From Chiloscyllium plagiosum (Eukaryota): a stretch of 64,000 nt of DNA. A program made the position numbers and the translations under genes. Position 1 is the first letter of the stretch, and each line of letters opens with the position of its first letter. Below the pieces are notes generated by a model. That model was not told where the DNA came from, made no database searches, and saw only the letters and a program-made list of their open reading frames with translations. This document shows positions 60,051-64,000 of the stretch, one piece after another. The stretch spans positions 55,699,312 through 55,763,311 of the forward strand of contig NC_057725.1 in NCBI RefSeq assembly GCF_004010195.1, given 5' to 3'.

Positions 60051-62887
60051 ATAGAATCTGTATGGATTCTGTGAAAGTATACTCACTCACATGAATAAAA
60101 CAAAGAGCTGGAAATTTGAAACTAAGACATAAATTGTTGTTGAAACTCACCAGGTCTGATGAAGGGTCACCAGACTGGAAGCATTAACTCTGCTTTTTTC
60201 CCACAGATGCTGCCAGACCTGAGTTTCGCCAACAATTTCTGTTTTTGTTCCTCATTCACATGGTTGTTGGAAATGTAACGTGTTTGTGGTGCTACCAATT
60301 AATTGTGATTTTTTTTTGTGCATGGGTTCACAAATGCAGGCTTTCATGAATGATTGGAAATTTGAAATTGATGAGTTGCAACTTTTTAGCTCCTGATTTG
60401 AACTATAGTGACACATTGATTCATTGTCATGTTACAAGGCAAGTGCTTAACTACAATGTTATACAACAGTGCATAGGTTCAGAGAAAGTTATTTCTCAGT
60501 AACTCCTGATTACTATCTGCTGATCTCGTGCCAAATGGATGAAATGTGAAACTGTTTGTCAACACTTCCTCCTTCCCAATTACTGTGTTCATAAACTCCA
60601 TATTCAAACTCAAAACCCTATGTTAAAATTGAATGGAATGGGTAAAATGCAATTGTTTTTGAAAGTTTATTTAAAACTTTGAGCATTGAAGGAGTTTAGG
60701 TTTAACATGAGTCATTGTGTAAACCATTCTGACTTCACTCTTGCTGTTGGATGTTCGTTGATCCACTTTTGGACAAAACAGCCTTGTGCATTCCATGGTT
60801 TGTTTGTTGTCTGTCTTTTATTGAGGAGAGATTGACTTATGCCAAACAACAGTCTTGTTAGAGTACAAAGTGCTCTCTGATCTAATGTCCATTTCTACTG
60901 CTTGTTCTCTATGTCTCCACTATCCCTCAATACTGATCTCTCTGGTGGATAATGGAACAGCCCAATATTGCGTGTAGCTGGGGAGATGAGCAATTTTATT
61001 TTAAATTTTAAAATCTCTTTCACTCGAGCAAGGCTCCCTAAACACAGTTAACTTTCCAGTATCTCACCAAAGTGCCACTCTCCATGGGGATGCACCACAA
61101 CGAAACTTAGAAAAACATTTGAAGGCACTTCACTGAGATGGAAGAAAGGCAGAAGATTAAATCAGTAGCTGGCAAAATAATAGAAAGCATCCTGAAATAG
61201 AGAACAGGGAAATAATTAACACCAATACTGAAGGTCAGACTGTATAGAAATTGGATCTTGCTTGACAAGCCTTTTGAGGATATTATTGAGCTATGATTGC
61301 AATGTGGAGATTAACACAGCTTTAAAGATATTTTTAAACCGATAGTATTAACTTGGAAAGAGCTTGGTACCATTGGGATCCATCCTGGAGTATTGAAATT
61401 CACATGAATGATTGATAGAAGGGGCAGTGAAAAGGCTTCCACATATTGTCAGTGATACCAAATATGGTGGTGCCATTTTTCTGTGCAAATTAGTTAATGA
61501 ATTTGCCTACTTAAGTGATAACTGTAATTTATTAGCTTTAAAGCATGTTGGGAGGTTGTAAAAGATGCAATAATATCCGCTCTTTTTCTGATTGCAGTCA
61601 GGTTTTGTATCTTCATTTTCCTGAAATTTATGTAGCTCTCAGCAAAGTGGGCTTTAGTTTATTTATCCCTGTAACGACTACTTTAAATTTTCCTTTTACT
61701 CCCAACTTTGATTATACCCCTGGCCAAGTAGCCAATCCAGGCATCTGCTATCAGCAGTCTTTGAACTGGCAACCAGGAAATATGAAAGATGTTATAATCT
61801 TCCAAGGGTTGTTTTTAGTTGCCAACTTCCTGTATCTGCTTGATATATCCCTAAGTGGATCAATAGATGACCTTGTGAGAGAATGAGAAGCAAAACTGGA
61901 ACTGACTGATTTATTTGTGCACCACTTATTCCCTTTGCGAATCCTGTACATCTTAAACAAGTGAGAGCCCTGTTTGAACTGTTTTTGCTGGACATTATTT
62001 AATTCCAATAACAAGCAAAAACAAATGGCTGCTTGCCAGTGCAGCTGACTGCTACTTTAGCTGAGGATAAAGGACTGCATCCAATGACAAACCAAATAAC
62101 TGCAGTGAACTAAAGCGTTCAAAATTCAATGTGATGTGAACTCTGACTGCATTTTTGCTGTCAAAACTAATGCTTGTTCTAACAAAGTAGCTCATAATGA
62201 TATTCTAAAATATACTTTGATTTATTTATGATAAAGTTGCATAAGATTAAAGATGTTGTTAAAATTACAGGGCATGGCATGAAATCAGTTACTTTATTTA
62301 CTGGACATGGGAATAATCAAACTTGATTCAGAACTGAAATTGTCACCTAGTCAGAAAATTGCTGTTCAATTCAACCTGCAGCATAGATTTAAACTGTTTG
62401 AACTAGCTGTGATCATATACTACAATAATAAAATGTTGAACCTGTTTTACGTTGACCAGTGGTAACTCAGATGGAGTCTCCTTTTACACTTTGCCTCATG
62501 GTCAGTTAGTAGGCGGTCTTACTGCGACCTTATTTAGTTTTAAGTTGCAGGAGAGCAGTGGCCATGAGCAGCTCCCTTTGCTCTGCCTAGCCAAATCTAT
62601 ACTCCAATTCCTGGATTAAATAGGACTGGTATTGTAGCACAAATATGGGGACTAATTGCAAGGCCACCATTCTTTTGTAATTTGAATTGCAAGAGTTTAA
62701 ACACTGTTGGTAGATAGTTTACCTCGACTCATTTGTGCTTAGTATTTAGCATTGTTTAACAACTTTCAAATTTTCTTTAAAACTCTTGAAATGTATTGCT
62801 TTTCATTAGATGAGATGTACTAGATTGAATAGCTATATTTTGTATTGCAATAAATAAACACGCACATTAGTACTTATTCTATAAAGG

Positions 62888-63115
62888 TAAATGTAAAATT
62901 TCCATAATCCTACTGGACCATAGGGCCATTTTCTCATTCAGGGGAGAGACAGAGATGACTGGTGATTGTTTAGACAGAGGGTCACAAAGCTTCAGACAAG
63001 GGCAGAGATTGAGGGGAGTCCTTCATAGCAACCTCAATGTGGGAATTGAGCCCATGCTGTTGTCATCACTCTGCATTGCAAACCAGCCATCCAGCCAAAT
63101 GAGCTAACTGACCCT
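62888..63115 (-). mobile_element. tRNA-derived SINE (related copy at about 5870-6050, +)
   Basis: Minus-strand GGGTCAGTTAGCTCA..TGGCTGG..GCAGAGTGATG.CAACAGCATGGGCTCAATTCC head. Confidence 0.6.
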
Positions 63116-63152
63116 GCTAATTCTGTAATGTCCATGCAAGGTCAGGTTTTGC

Positions 63153-64000
63153 AGTCAGAGTTATAGAGATGTACAGCATAGAAACAGACCCTTCGGTCCA
63201 ACCCGTCCATGCTGACCAGATATCCCAACCCAATCTAGTCCCATCTGCCAGCACCCGGCCCACATCCCTCCAAACCCTTCCTATTCATATACCCATCCAA
63301 ATGCCTCTTAAATGTTGCAATTGTACCAGCCTCCACCACTTCATCTGGCAGCATACACATACCACCCTCTGCGTGAAAAATTTGCCCATTAGGTCTCTTT
63401 TATATCTTTCCCCTCTCACCCTAAACCTATGCCCTCTAGTTCTGGACTCCCCCAACCCAGGGAAAAGACTTTGCCTATTTACCCTATCCATGCCCCTCAT
63501 AATTTTGTAAACCTCTATAAGGTCACCCCTCAGCTTCCGATGCTCCAGGGAAAACAGCCCCAGCCTGTTAAACCTCTCCCTATAGCTCACATCCTCCAAC
63601 CCTGGCAATATCCTTGTAAATCTTTTCTGAACCCTTTCAAGTTTCACAACATCTTTCCGATAGGAAGGAGACCAGAATTGCATGCAATATTCCAACAGTG
63701 GCCTAACCAATATCCTGTACAGCGCAACATGACCTCCCAACTCCTGTACTCAATAATCTGACCAATAAAGGAAAGCATACCAAACGCCACCTTCACTATC
63801 GTATCTACCTGCGACTTCACTTTCAAGGAACTATGAACCTGCACCCCGAGGTCTCTTTATTCAGCAACACTCCCTAGGACCTTACCATTAAGTGTATAAG
63901 TCCTGCTAAGATTTGCTTTCCCAAACTGCAGCACCTCGCATTTATCTGAATTAAACTCCATCTGCCACGTCTCAGCCCATTGGCCCATCTGGTCCAGATC
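63153..64000 (-). mobile_element. CR1/HER1-like LINE, running off the window edge
   Basis: LVRPLLEYCMQFWSPSYRKDVVKLERVQKRFTRILPGL..RGDLIEVYKIM. Confidence 0.95.

Noticed and set aside
23940-63115. tRNA-like A/B box sequences as tRNA genes
   Set aside because: All are heads of SINEs followed by SINE bodies and LINE-derived tails
1-64000. CRISPR arrays or prokaryotic operons
   Set aside because: Spliced vertebrate genes and TE content; no regularly spaced repeat-spacer array

Overview
Eukaryotic genomic DNA from a vertebrate, most likely an elasmobranch (shark). This is inferred from abundant HE1-like V-SINEs, CR1/HER1-like LINE tails and Penelope-like elements. Host genes on the + strand are a complete RPLP2 (5 exons, about 22248-28714, 111 aa) and the first three coding exons of PNPLA2/ATGL (35961-58894, continuing past the window). 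A CpG-rich, probably minus-strand promoter lies near 6.8-7.5 kb; synteny would suggest PIDD1, but this is unproven. The most striking feature is a 9.3-kb, two-LTR, minus-strand endogenous retrovirus of gamma-like (class I) type at 12288-21615. It has a 5-bp TSD, tRNA-Pro PBS, PPT, UAG read-through gag-pol junction, and a long gamma-type env; all genes are now disrupted. It is inserted about 630 bp upstream of RPLP2 and nested inside a Penelope-like element. The rest of the window is a dense TE landscape, including at least four families of Penelope-derived ends carrying minimal hammerhead ribozymes, many as short fold-back insertions with TSDs. There are two assembly gaps (18382-18913 and about 42653-42666). 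All alignments and counts were done by eye.
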